DNA from: the human T2T-CHM13v2.0 reference genome, Homo sapiens
DNA: 64,000 nt
NCBI RefSeq assembly: GCF_009914755.1
Contig: NC_060926.1
Direction: 5' to 3' (one strand)
This document shows, piece after piece, positions 43,701 through 57,223 of the stretch. The notes beneath the pieces are model-generated. The model had not been told where the DNA came from and searched no databases. It was given only the letters and a program-made list of their open reading frames with translations. How positions within the stretch are numbered: position 1 is the stretch's first letter; each line of letters starts with the position of its first letter. The translations under genes and the position numbers were made by a program.

Positions 43701-46700
43701 GCCTTGACACAAATTCTAAGTCTCGCCAGGGCCACAAAAGGCCGAGTCCCCTGCGTGGCAATCATGGCTGCTTTCTGCACTTGAACATAAAGTCTTCCTC
43801 AAGACAGCCTGTGGTCTGCCTCTTGGCAACCAAGAAGCCCACAGTGCCATACGACCCGAGGCATGGACTGGAGCCCCAAAGGCAGCACACACCCGGCTCC
43901 TGAGCCTACTGCTCGTTTCCTCTCTGTGGCTCCATTTGTAGCACAGTTGTTGCACTGAGGCTTGTGCATGCCGGGCAAGGCCAAGCTGGCTCAAAGAGCA
44001 ACCAGCCACCTCTGCAAGGGTGTGCCAGGAGCAGTTGTACCACTCACCCACTAGCGGCCAGACATGGTACATCAGTTCTTCTACCCTAAAGGTGGGCCGC
44101 AGTGCCATCTGCTTTTCCTAATGCCTCTGCTCCATCAGCAATTAGGTGGCAGCCAAGGCAGGACAAGCTCACTCAGAGCAGCGTGTTAGTACCTGGGGCC
44201 TGTGCATGCCAGGGAGGCCAAGCTGGCTCAAAGAGCAACCAGCCACCTCTGCAAGGTCTGGCCGGGGCTACAGAAGGCCGAGTCCCCTGGATGGTAATCC
44301 TGGCTGCTTTCTGCAGTTGAACATAAAGTCCTCCGCAAGACGGCCTGTTTTCTGCCTCTAGGCAACCAAGAAGCCCGCAGTGCTATACCACTCGAGGCTT
44401 GGACTGGAGTCCCAAAGGCAGCGCACAGCCTGCTCCTGAGCCTGCTGCTCGTTTCCTCTCTGTGGCTCCATATGTAGCAGAGAGGTTGCACTGAGGCTTG
44501 TTCATGCCGGGCAAAGCCAAGCTGTCTCAAAGAGCAACCAGTCACCTCTGCGAGGGTGTGCCAGGAGCCGCTGCACCAGCCACCAACCTCACTTGCTGCT
44601 CAGTACTTCTACCCTAAAGGTAGGGCCACAGGGCCATCTGCTTTTCCTAAGGCCTCTGCTCCATGAGCCATCAGGAAGCACCAATCAGGCTGTTGGAACC
44701 TGGCCATCCGTGCTTCCTTCAGTGGCTGAAGTTGGTGGCTGGTCCACCTGCTCCTGGCACACCTTTGCAGAGGTGGCTGGTTGCTCTTTGAGCCAGCTTG
44801 GCCCTGCCTGGCATGCATAGGCCTCAGCTACTGACACACTGCTCCAAGTGAGCTTGTCCTGCATTGGCACAAATTCTGAGTCTGGCCAGGGTCACAGAAG
44901 GCCAAGTCCCCTGGATGGTTATCCGGGCTGCTTTCTGCACTTGAACATAAAGTCCTCCTCAAGATGGCCTGTTGTCTGCCTCTTGGCAACCAAGAAGCCT
45001 GCAGTGCCATACGAGTTCTGAGGCATGGACTGGAGGCCCAAAGGCAGAGCACACCCTGCTCCTGACCCTGCGGCTCGTTTCCTCTCTGTGGCTCCATTTG
45101 TAGCACAGTTGTTGCACTGAGGCTTGTGCATGCCAGGCAAGGCCAAGCTGGCTCAAACAGCAACCAGCCACCTCTGCAAGTGTGTGCCAGGAGCAGCCAG
45201 ACCAGCCACCAACCTCACTCGCTGCGGGACATGGTACATTGGTTCTTCTACCCTAAAGGCAGGGCCAAGAGGCAGACCACAGGCCGTCTTGAGGAGGACT
45301 TTATGTTCAAGTGCAGAAAGCAGCCAGGATTGCCACCAAGGGGACTCAGCCTTCTGTGGTCTGCACTGCCATACAAGCTCTGAGACATGGACTAGTGACA
45401 TCTGCTTTATAGAAAAATTAACCTAAGATCTATTAAAGAGTTAAACATGCCATCTGATTTTACTCAGGCCTCTGCTCCATCAGCCCTCAGGTGGCAGCCA
45501 CTCAGGCTGTGGGAACCTGGCCATCCCTGCTTCCTTCAGTGGGTGAGGTTGGTGGCTGGTCCAACTGGTCCAGGCGCACCCTTGTAGAGGTGGCTGGTTG
45601 CTCTTTGAGCCAGCTTGGCCTTCCCGGACATGCACAGGCCCCAGGTACTAACACGCTGCTCTGAGTGAGCTTCTCCTGCCTTGACACAAATTCTAAGTCT
45701 CGCCAGGGCCACAAAAGGCCGAGTCCCCTGCGTGGCAATCATGGCTGCTTTCTGCACTTGAACATAAAGTCTTCCTCAAGACAGCCTGTGGTCTGCCTCT
45801 TGGCAACCAAGAAGCCCACAGTGCCATACGACCCGAGGCATGGACTGGAGCCCCAAAGGCAGCACACACCCGGCTCCTGAGCCTACTGCTCGTTTCCTCT
45901 CTGTGGCTCCATTTGTAGCACAGTTGTTGCACTGAGGCTTGTGCATGCCGGGGAAGGCCAAGCTGGCTCAAAGAGCAACCAGCCACCTCTGCAAGGGTGT
46001 GCCAGGAGCAGTTGTACCACTCACCCACTAGCGGCCGGACATGGTACATCAGTTCTTCTACCCTAAAGGTGGGCCGCAGTGCCATCTGCTTTTCCTAATG
46101 CCTCTGCTCCATCAGCAATTAGGTGGCAGCCAAGGCAGGACAAGCTCACTCAGAGCAGCGTGTTAGTACCTGGGGCCTGTGCATGCCAGGGAGGCCAAGC
46201 TGGCTCAAAGAGCAACCAGCCACCTCTGCAAGGGTGTGCCAGGAGCAGTTGTACCACTCACCCACTAGCGGCCAGACATGGTACATCAGTTCTTCTACCC
46301 TAAAGGTGGGCCGCAGTGCCATCTGCTTTTCCTAATGCCTCTGCTCCATCAGCAATTAGGTGGCAGCCAAGGCAGGACAAGCTCACTCAGAGCAGCGTGT
46401 TAGTACCTGGGGCCTGTGCATGCCAGGGAGGCCAAGCTGGCTCAAAGAGCAACCAGCCACCTCTGCAAGGTCTGGCCGGGGCTACAGAAGGCCGAGTCCC
46501 CTGGATGGTAATCCTGGCTGCTTTCTGCACTTGAACATGAAGTCCTCCTCGAGACGGCCTGTTGTGTGCCTCCTGGTAACCAAGAAGCCCACAGTGTCAT
46601 ATGACCCCTGAGGCATGGACTGGAGCCCCAAAGGCAGCGCACACCCTGCTCCTGAGCCTGCTGCTCATTTCCTCTCTGTGGCTCCATTTGTAGCACAGTT

Positions 46701-48290
46701 GTTGCACTGAGGCTTGTGCATGCCGGGCAAGGCCAAGCTGGCTCAAAGAGCAACCAGTCACCTCTGCGAGGGTGTGCCAGGAGCCGCTGCACCAGCCACC
46801 AACCTCACTTGCTGCTGCACATGGCACATCAGTACTTCTACCCTAAAGGTAGGGCCACAGGGCCATCTGCTTTTCCTAAGGCCTCTGCTCCATCAGTTAT
46901 CAGGAGGCAGCCACTCAGGCTGTAGGAAACTGGCCATCCCAGCTTCCTTGAGTAGCTGAGGTTGCTGGCTGGTCCACCTGGTCCTGGCACACCCTTGCAG
47001 AGGTGGCTGGTTGCTCTTTGAGCCAGCTTGGCCTTGCCTGGCATGCACAGGCCCCAGGTACTAACACGTTGCTCCGAGTGAGCTTCTCCTGCCTTGACAC
47101 AAATTCAAAGTCTGGACAGGGCCACAGAAGGCCAAGTCCCCTGGGTGGTAATCCTGGCTGCTTTCTGCACTTGAACATAAAGTCCTCCTCAAGACGGCCT
47201 GTGGTCTGCCTCTTGGCAACCAAGAAGCCTGCAATGCCATACGAGCCCTGAGGCATGGACTGGAGCCCCAAAGACAGCGCACACCCTGCTGCTGAGCCTG
47301 CTGCTCATTTCCTCTTTGGCTCCGTTTGTAGCACAGTAGTTGCACTGAGGCTTGTGCATCCCGAGCAAGGCCAAGCTGGCTCAAAGAGCAACCAGCCACC
47401 TCTGCAAGGGTGTGCCAGGAGCAACCGGACCAGCCACCAACCTCACTTGCTGCCAAACATGGTACATCGGTTCTTCTACCCTAAAGGTAGGGCCAAGAGG
47501 CAGACCACAGGCCGTCTTGAGGAGGACTTTATGTTCAAGTGCAGAAAGCAGCCAAGATTGCCACCCAGGGGACTCGGCCTTCTGTGGTCTGCAGTGCCAT
47601 ACGAGCTCTGAGGCATGGACTGGTGACATCTGCTTTATAGAAAAATTAACAAGATCCATTAAACAGTTAAACGTGCCATCTGATTTTCCTCAGGCCTCTG
47701 CTCCATCAGCCCTCAGGTGGCAGCTACTCAGGCTCCTGTAACCTGGTCATCCCTGCTTCCTTCAGTGGGTGAGGTTGGTGGCTAGTCCAACTGGTCCAGG
47801 CGCACCCTTGCAGAGGTGGCTGGTTGCTCTTTGAGCCAGCTTGGCCTTCCCTGGCATGCACAGGCCCCAGGTACCAACACGCTGCTCCAAGTGAGCTTGC
47901 CCTGCCCTGACACAAATTCTAAGTCTGGCCACGGCCACAGAAGGCCAAGTCCCCTGGGTGGTAATCCTGGCTGTTTTCTGCACTTGAACATAAAGTCCTC
48001 CTCAAGATGGCCTGTGGTCTGCCTCTTGGCAAACAAGAAGCTCGCAGTGCCATACCATCCCTGAGGCACGGACTGGAGCGCCAAAGGCAGTGCACACCAT
48101 GGTCTTGAGCCTGCTGCTCATTTCTTCTATGTGGCTCCATTTATAGCACAGTTATTCACTGATGCTTGTGCATGCCGGGCAAGGCCAAGCTGGCTCAAAG
48201 AGCAACCAGCCACATCTGTAAGGGTCCACTTGGAGCAGATGGACCAGCCACCAACCTCACCCACTCAAGGAAGTAGGGAATGCGTGTTTG
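40791..48290. repeat. Palindrome-rich higher-order tandem array, period ~1.98 kb, ~3.7 units
   Basis: Identical ORF translations recur at offsets of 1985 and 1977 bp (41162/43147/45124). The core arm occurs 8 times forward and 15 times as reverse complement. Confidence 0.95.
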
Positions 48291-48339
48291 TACCATGCAT
48301 TTCACTACAAGTACATTCCCCTGAGGTTGGTGGCCTACA

Positions 48340-49960
48340 TTTTCTTCTAGGTTTTTTGCTTTTAGGTCTTACGTTTAACTCTTTTATCCTTCTTAAGTTA
48401 ATTTTTGTATAAAGTGTAAGGAAGTGGCCCAGTTTCAGTTTGCTGCATATGGCTAGCCAGTTTTCCTAACACCATTTATTAAATAGGCAATCCTTTCCCC
48501 AGTGCTTACCTTTGTCAGTTTTGTCAAAGATCTGGTGGTTTTACATGTGTGGTGTCATTTCTGTGGCCTCTGTTCCATTCCATTGGTCTATATACCTGGT
48601 TTGGTACCAGTACCATGCTGTTTCCGTTACTGTGGCCTTGTAGAATAGTTTGAAGTCAGGTACTGTGATGCCTCCAGCTTTGTTCTTTTTGCTTAGGATT
48701 GTCTTGGCTATGTAGACTCTTTTTTGGTTCCATATGAAATTTAAAGTAGTTTTTCTAATTTTGTGAAGAAAGTCAATGGTAGCTTGATGGGGATAGCACT
48801 GAATCTATAAATCACTTTGGGTGGTATGGCACTCAGGCACAGAAATGTCCTTGTGTTAGGCAATACCATTCAGGACATAGGCATGGGCAGAGACTTCATC
48901 ACTACAACACCAAAAGCAATGGCAACAAAAGCCAAAATTGACAAATGGGACCTAATTAAGCTAAAGAGTGTTTGCAGAGCAAAAGAAACTATCATCAGAA
49001 TGAACAGGCAACCCACAGAATGGGAGAAAATTTTTGCAATCTATCCATCTGACAAACAGCTAATATGCAGAATCTACAAAGAACTTAAACAAATTTACAA
49101 GAAAAAAAACAACCCCATCAAAAAATGGGCAAAACATATGAACAGACACTTCCCAAATAAGACATTTATGCAGCTAAAGAACATGTGAAGCAAACCACAT
49201 CATCACTGGTCATTAGAGAAATGGAAATCAAAACCACAATGAGATACAATCTCACACCACTTAGAATGGCCAACATTAAAAGATAAGGAAACAACAGATG
49301 TTGGAGAGGACGTGGAGAAATAGGAACGCTTTTACACTCTTGGTGGTAGTATAATTAGTTCATCCATTGTGGAAGACAGTGTGACAATTCCTCAAGGATC
49401 TACAACTAGAAATACATTTAACCCAGCAATCCCATTACTGGGTATATACTGAAAAAATAATAAATCATTCTAATATAAAGACACATGCACACGTATGTTT
49501 ACTGCGGCACAGTTCACAACAGCAAACACTTGGAACCAATCCAAATGCCCATCAATGATAGACTGGATAATGTGGCATATATACACTATGGAATGCTATG
49601 CACCCATAAAAAAGGATGAGTTCATGTCCTTTGCAGGGACATCGATGAAGCTGGAAATCATCACTCTCAGCAAACTAACACAAGAACAGAAAACCAAACA
49701 CCTCATGTTCTCACTCGTAGGTGGGAACTGAACAATGAGAACACATGGACACAGAAGGGTAACATAACACACCGAGAACTGTTGTGGGGTGGGGGAGGAG
49801 GGAGGGATAGCATTAGGAGATATACCTAATGTTAAATGACGAGTTAATGGGTGCAGCACACCAACATGGCACATGTATACATATGTAACAAACCTGCACA
49901 TTGTGCACATGTACCCTAAAACTTAAAGTATAATAATAAAATTTAAAAATTAAAAAAAAG
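48340..49960 (+). mobile_element. L1PA 3' portion with 5' inversion (twin priming)
   Basis: 48340-48830 is antisense L1 beginning ttttcttctagg; from ~48858 the sense part continues ([14 protein letters not shown]...[12 protein letters not shown]) through the 3'UTR to an A tail; ~26-bp filler at the junction. Confidence 0.9.
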
Positions 49961-49969
49961 TTTTAAAAA

Positions 49970-50680
49970 ATTTCCAACTGGATTTTTTTTTGTTTTTTGT
50001 TTTTTGTGTTTTTTTTTTGTTTTGTTTTTGTTTTGCAGCCACAGGAGTTTTAGCCAATTCAGATGCCTTGCTCCCCACAATTTGGAACATTCCTTTGGAT
50101 TTGACCAAGTCAGGAAGAGATGGGAGAAAAGTGAAACAACAATAAAACCCCAAACATAAACAAAAAGAGTTAAGCAAAACAAACAAATGCACAATTCATA
50201 TGATTAACTGAGTGTTCTAATGGTAAGGAGGAATTAAAAGCAGCTGGTGGGTAATCTTAAATTTTAGTCATTAAACAAAAATTTTAAGACAAAACTCTAA
50301 TTCAGCTACTTACCTGGAAATAAGGCTCAGACTGGGTGATCATTCTCTGCCATCTTAGAAGCTGGAAAAACTTACACTCACCTTCCCTGTCAGAAGCAAG
50401 CTGAAACTCAGGAAAGGAGGTGCCTGCTCTCCTTTGTCAATGGAAGCAGGAAAACTTGCCTTCCTTGTTGGAAATGAGTAAAACTTCAAAAAAGGAGTTG
50501 TACAGCAAAATCAACCTTACATCTCAACCAAATTTTCGGAGATCAGGGACTCTCTGAAGGGGAGAAGCTCCACAACCTCAGCAAATTATCCTATTCGTTT
50601 GGGCAATACAAATAGCCCAGGTTGGTATCAAGCAATAATGAGATTTATCAAAGGTCAGGACCACCTTTGTAATGTCCTTC
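49970..50680 (-). mobile_element. Probable ERV1 (MER4-group) internal leader fragment
   Basis: Motifs such as agcaggaaaacttgccttccttgttggaa and ctcaaccaaattttcggagatcaggga are typical of MER4-group internals; the family is unresolved. Confidence 0.45.
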
Positions 50681-53160
50681 TCTTTTTTTATCTTTATTGG
50701 TAGAGTCTGTTTTGTCAGAAACTGGGAGTGCAACACCTTTTTTCTGTTTTCCATTTGCTTGAAATATTTTTCTCCATTCCTTTATTTTGAGCCTATGTAT
50801 GGCACTGCACGTGAGATGGGTTGCTTGAAGACGGCATACTCCAGTGGGTCTTGGTTCTTTACCCAGCTTGCCCCGTGTCTTTCAATGGGAGCATTTAGCC
50901 CATTTACATTTAAGGTTAGTAATGGTATGTGTGGATTTTATCCTGTCGTCATGCTGTCAGCTGGTTATTTTGCAGACTTACATATGTGCTTGCTTTTTAG
51001 CATCATTGGACTGTGTACTTCAGTGTGTTTTTGTAGTAGCAGGTGATGATCTTTTCTTTCCATATTTAGTGCTTCCTTCAGGAGCTCTCGTAAGGTAGAT
51101 CTGGTGATACCAAATTCCCTCAGCATTTGCTTGTCTGAAAAGGATCTTATTTCTCCTTCACTTATGATGCTTAATTTTGCTGGACATGAAATTCTGGGCT
51201 GAAATTTCTTTTCTTCAATGGCAGTTGATGTGGGTTGGGGTGTGTGCTGCACTCCCGTGTGCTCTCAGGGCAAGTAAAGCAAAACCCACCCGTGTAAACA
51301 CACACAGCAAAGTGATTTAGGAAGTTTCCAAATAAAGGGCTGCCGTATGGAGAGGCAATGTGCAGGCTGGTGCGTGGCTCTAGAGGCCACCTTGCTGCAG
51401 CTCTCCACTGATATGGTACAGTCCACTAGCATGGAAGCTATGGTGTGGGCATCTAAGAGTGCCCCGTAAGCAGGTGTGGCCAGGCTGGGGCCATGGGAGA
51501 GGCGAGCAGACTAAGGAGTGCTGAGATCAGACCAGCCCCATCTCAAGTGCAAGACTGCCCAGCCTCCAGAGATCAGGTCTCAGAGGAGAACTCTCTCAAA
51601 AGTGAACCCCCAGCACAGCACAGCTGCTCTACACAAACGTGGCTAGACTTCTTTTATTAAGCAAGTCTCCTTTTTTTAAAAAGGGAACTCTCGGACCTGA
51701 TCTCTGCTGGGCAATCTTGCATATAAGATGTGGCTGGTATGACCTCAGCATTCCTAAAGTGCTGGGATAAAGTGTCTCACAAGGGCAAGTGGACCCTAGA
51801 GAGACAGCCATCCCTGACCTCTGGGCTCCACATCACCTGACTTGCTGCTCCACCACTTTGCTTGTTTCCTGGGTGCTCCATCCCAGAGACATGTGAGTTA
51901 GCAATCACTTAGTGTAATCAGCCCAGGATGGAGGGTCTGTGCTGTGGGCCCAAGCCAGGGTTCCCTGTCTGGTGATGAGTAGTGGAGGGTGTGTGGTACC
52001 CGTGGGAGATGGACTGGCTTGTTCTTTGGGTCAACTGCAGCTTATTGGAGGTGTTGATAGGGCACTTAGGGTCTTTGCACCCTTGCATCTTCTGAGGGTA
52101 GCAAGGGCAGTTCCACTGCAGAGGCAGTGGCAGAAAGGATTTCATTTGCTCCTGGAAGCTCTGTCCCAGGAACTGCAGAGTTGCTACTGGCTTGATAGCT
52201 CCAGTGGTGGGCTGGCTAGAGACCCAGGCCAGGAGGATCTGCCCATCAAGTAGAGAGCCCGGCCACTTTTCTGTAGGGCTGCTGTGGTATGCTGGGGGTC
52301 CCCTCCAGTCCCTAATTACCTTGTATTTTCCACGGAAGATGATAGTCTGCCCCTTCCTCTGGAAGCTCTGTACCACTGAGGTACGAACCTGTTGCCAATC
52401 TGAACACACCTATAAGATGTGGCTGGAGGCAAGTTGAGAAGTCTTACCTAGTCAGGACGAACGAGAACAGGGACTTGCTTCAAAAAAAAAAGTCTGGCCA
52501 CGTTTTTATAGAGCAGCTGTGCTGTGCTGGGGGTTCACTTCAGCCCCTGGTCCGCCTCAGACACTCTGAAGCCCTAAGGCTGAAATGCCTGGGTCGCCCA
52601 AACAGCAAAGATGACAATCTGGTCCTCCCCCTGGGAGCTCTGACTCAGTGAGGCCTGAGACCTCTGTCGGCCAGAGAACAGCAGTCAAGGTAGCCAGAGA
52701 CCCTGGTTGAAAGACTTCACCCGCTGACTAGAAATGTGATCAGGGACTGACGTAAACAAGAGTCTGGCCACGTTTTTGTAGCGTGGCTGTGCTGTGCTGA
52801 GGTACCTCTTCCACCCCTTGTCAGCTTGGGCTCTCCAAAGCCCGCAGGCCAGAATGGCTAGTCACCGAAAGAGCAAAGGTGGGGGCCTGCCCCTCTCCGG
52901 GAGCTCTGTCCCAGGAACATTTCACATTTCCATTGGCCAAGGAATGCTGGTGGGGGTAGCTGGAGGCCCCAGTTGGGAGGTCCTGTCCAGTGAGGTGGAA
53001 CAGGATCAGGGGCCTGCTTACAGAAGCAGTCTGGCCATGATTTGGTAAAGCAGCTATGCTGTGCTGTGGGATCTCTTCTGTCCCTCCTCGGTTTGTACTC
53101 TCCAAAGCCCGCAGGCTGGAATGACTAAGTTGCCTGAACGGGAAAGATGGCGGCCTGCCC
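50681..53160 (-). mobile_element. Old L1PA/L1PB 5'UTR (with ~270-bp internal repeats) and ORF1 C-terminal fragment
   Basis: ORF1-like EKKFQPRISCPAKLSIISEGEIRSFSDKQMLREF at 50965-51220; the motif agtctggcca..ttt...gctgtgctg repeats at 52491, 52761 and 53028. Confidence 0.75.
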
Positions 53161-53522
53161 CGTCTTTTCTCTCAGAGTTTTATCTTGTTTCGTGGAGCTT
53201 AATTTTTAGCCTGTTGATTTTACTGTCTTCATTAGACTTGTTGAGAAAGAATCTGTTCTCTTTTAGGTGAGATAAATGAGAATTCATTGTCTTCTGTAAA
53301 TAAACCTGTTCATGTCTTGTTCTCTGGAAAGAAGTCTCTTTCAGCTATCTGACTTTGGTCACAATCATGTAGAGCAGCAGCCAGTCTACAATGACGTAAT
53401 TGAATTTCCATTTCCAGTGTTTCCTCGTTGTGTCTTACACTGTCCAGTTCAGAACTGAGCATTTTATTCTCAGTTGTCAACATGCTAAGCTGTCCACTGT
53501 ACTGAAATACTGTGCTTCCTCA
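53161..53522 (-). pseudogene. Orphaned distal half of the ANKRD26-type coiled-coil exon split by the ACTB retrocopy
   Basis: Minus-strand translation [59 protein letters not shown] resembles ANKRD26 ISQYNGRLSVLTAENAMLNSKL...SRLAAAIHDRDQSETSKRE, then frameshifts. Confidence 0.8.
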
Positions 53523-53526
53523 ATTT

Positions 53527-54118
53527 GTTTTAAGGTGTGCACTTTTATCCATCTCTCCTCAAGTCAGAGTACAGGTAAGCCCTGGCTGCCTCCAGCCACT
53601 CTCAGGGAGACCAAAAGCCTTCATACACCCCAAGTTGGGGTACAAAAGAGGGGGGCCACGAAGGCTGATCATTCAAAATAAAACAAAATTAAAAAGTATT
53701 AAGGCGAAGATTCAAAAAATTTTGCATTATGTAATTTGCACAAAAGCAATGCTATCACCTCCCCTGTGTGAACTAGGGAGAGGACTGGGCCATTCTCCTT
53801 AGAGAGAAGTAGGGTGGCTTTTAGCAGGGCAAGGGGCTTCCTGAAACAATGCGTCTCACAATATTTGGAATGACTATTGAAAAGAAGAACAAGGTACAAT
53901 CAAAGTCCTTGGCCACATTGTAGAACTTTGGAGGAAGCTTCCTCCAACCGACTGCTGTCACCTTCACCATTCCGGTTTTTAAATCCTGAGTCAAGCCAAT
54001 AAAAAACAAAACAAAAAATGAAACAAGAAAACAAATAAAGCCATGCCAATCTCATGTTGTTTTCTGAGAAGTTTGGTTTTGTCAAGAAAGGGTGTAACGC
54101 AACTAAGTCAGAGTCCAC
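53527..54118 (-). other. POTEF: ACTB-derived 3'UTR of the POTE-actin gene
   Basis: gacttagttgcgttacaccctttcttgacaaaacc follows the stop, and ...aaaagtgcacaccttaaaa ends the segment; both are ACTB 3'UTR hallmarks. Confidence 0.92.
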
Positions 54119-55447
<1,329 letters not shown>

Positions 55448-56957
55448 CTAAGTAAACAAAGAGAACTTTTAGTTAGCACTCAATAGATTGACATATCATG
55501 ATTTCTTCTGAAATTCAAAAATAACATGTATTTGTATAATGAAAGAATCCCCATAGTGGATATTTAACTGGAAAAAAATTGGACAAAACTTCAAACCTAA
55601 TAAGAGTGTAAATTCCTCCAGTGATTTATTTTTCATCGTCTTTAAATAAATATTTAAACTTTTAGGAATCTGCTCCTAAATTCCTAAAAGTTTAAATGTT
55701 TATTTAAAGACGATGAAAAATAAATCACTAGAGGATTTTTAAGAATCCCAGAATTAAAAAAAGCCTTTTTTCTGAGTTACAAAAAACCCAGAGGCATAAA
55801 ATATAAGATTAATAATTTGACTACATTTTTAAGATTAGGTTTACACTCTGATATCTAACCTATCAACCACACCATCCTAAGAGCCTTAGCTATGCATATA
55901 TTTGGACAGAAGCAATTTCTCAAAGTTCTTTAAGTTTCTTTTACTGAAGAACGTTTTACCGATATTCTACATTTCTAATATTTCTATACTCAGTTATAAG
56001 AATTACATTTATTTATAACTGTCAAATCTAAGCACTGTACCCTTCTACACTGTACACATCTGTATCTAGGCATTGCTCTTCTACATATAATACTGAACTC
56101 ATTTAAGATCGCGATTCTTAAAAGGAGAGGTCAAAAAATATACACAGATGCAGGATTTTCCCCAGGTCTGCTGATGCTACTTCTAGTGATCCTCCACAAA
56201 ACCACACTTACTTCTGTGGTGCAAATATATAAATACAAAAGAAACCTTTTGTTTCAAAATATGAATGGTAAATAAGATACAACTTATAGAGATTTTCTTA
56301 GAAATCATGAGATTATTTGCCATTGCGGTAACTTTTATTTCCTCTTTATAATGTTTGAAACAGTAGTAATGGTGAAATAGGGGAAATATACTGAACTATT
56401 TCTCCAGAAAGAAAATACTTATCAATAAATTATTACTAAATGTGTATCATGGCATGTCATTGTTTTCAAACCTCTTTACATTGAAATGAGAAACTACTTG
56501 GAGCAAACTGTTCCTCTCTGCAAAAGTAAGGATAATGGTATCCACAATGTGGCCTCTGACCCAGCTATACATTTCCTACTTTCTTATCAGTAAAAATAAT
56601 CAATTGACTTCTCTATTAACATTTTTTAAAAAACTAATGTCCAAAAACGAGAAAATCTGTTTTCAGTAGCAAAACTTATTTCTGATGTGGAAAGATCATC
56701 AATTCTTATGAAAAATATCAAATACTTCTCCTTTGGATTGAGGCCATTGTGCAGGTCACTACTCAACTGTTGCAGGCAAATGAAGGTGAATTAAGAACAT
56801 GGCTTTATCCTATACGTACGTATATAGATATATGACAAAGGATATATAGAATATATACACACATATATATGACTTAAAAATCCTTTATATTTCCAAAATA
56901 CAGTTCTTTAAAATATACACACATATAAAAACATTTGAAAATAACTAAAGAAAATAC

Positions 56958-57078
56958 CTCAGAATTCATTTTTTCAACCACTTCTATCTGCTTTTCTTCA
57001 TGAATCAGAATCTCATCGTGTAATATTCCAGTGTTCTGTTCTTCACAAAATTGCTTCTGAGTATCATTTTGTTCGTCA
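56958..57078 (-). CDS. POTEF: Penultimate POTE coding exon (121 bp)
   Basis: ttctag|TGACGAAC...AATTCTGAG|gtattt; translates [40 protein letters not shown] and splices in phase 0 to the last exon. Confidence 0.92.
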
Positions 57079-57223
57079 CTAGAAGAAATTTTAATTTTCA
57101 TGAAATACTGGAGCTGTCCCTAAAATGATGTACAGGGCAAGATGGCGCCATCAGATGTCATTCACACAATGCATATCTGCACATTATTCCAAGACAAGGC
57201 AAAGGGGTCTCACATCTGTTAAC

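Noticed and set aside
40791-48290. CRISPR-like repeat-spacer reading of the array
   Set aside because: The intervening segments are themselves repeated rather than unique spacers, the arms occur in both orientations, there are no cas genes, and the DNA is primate.
40663-48412. Dozens of 60-157 aa ORFs across the array
   Set aside because: They occur in all six frames, mostly with non-ATG starts, are broken differently in each unit and resemble no protein I know; expected in GC-rich repeats.
52259-53070. ~270-bp repeats with the agtctggcca...gctgtgctg motif
   Set aside because: Consistent with the internal repeats of older L1PA/L1PB 5'UTRs; not a separate element.
57140-57160. Palindrome gatggcgccatc as a YY1/CTCF site
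   Set aside because: A short motif with an imperfect CTCF match; it cannot be supported from sequence alone.
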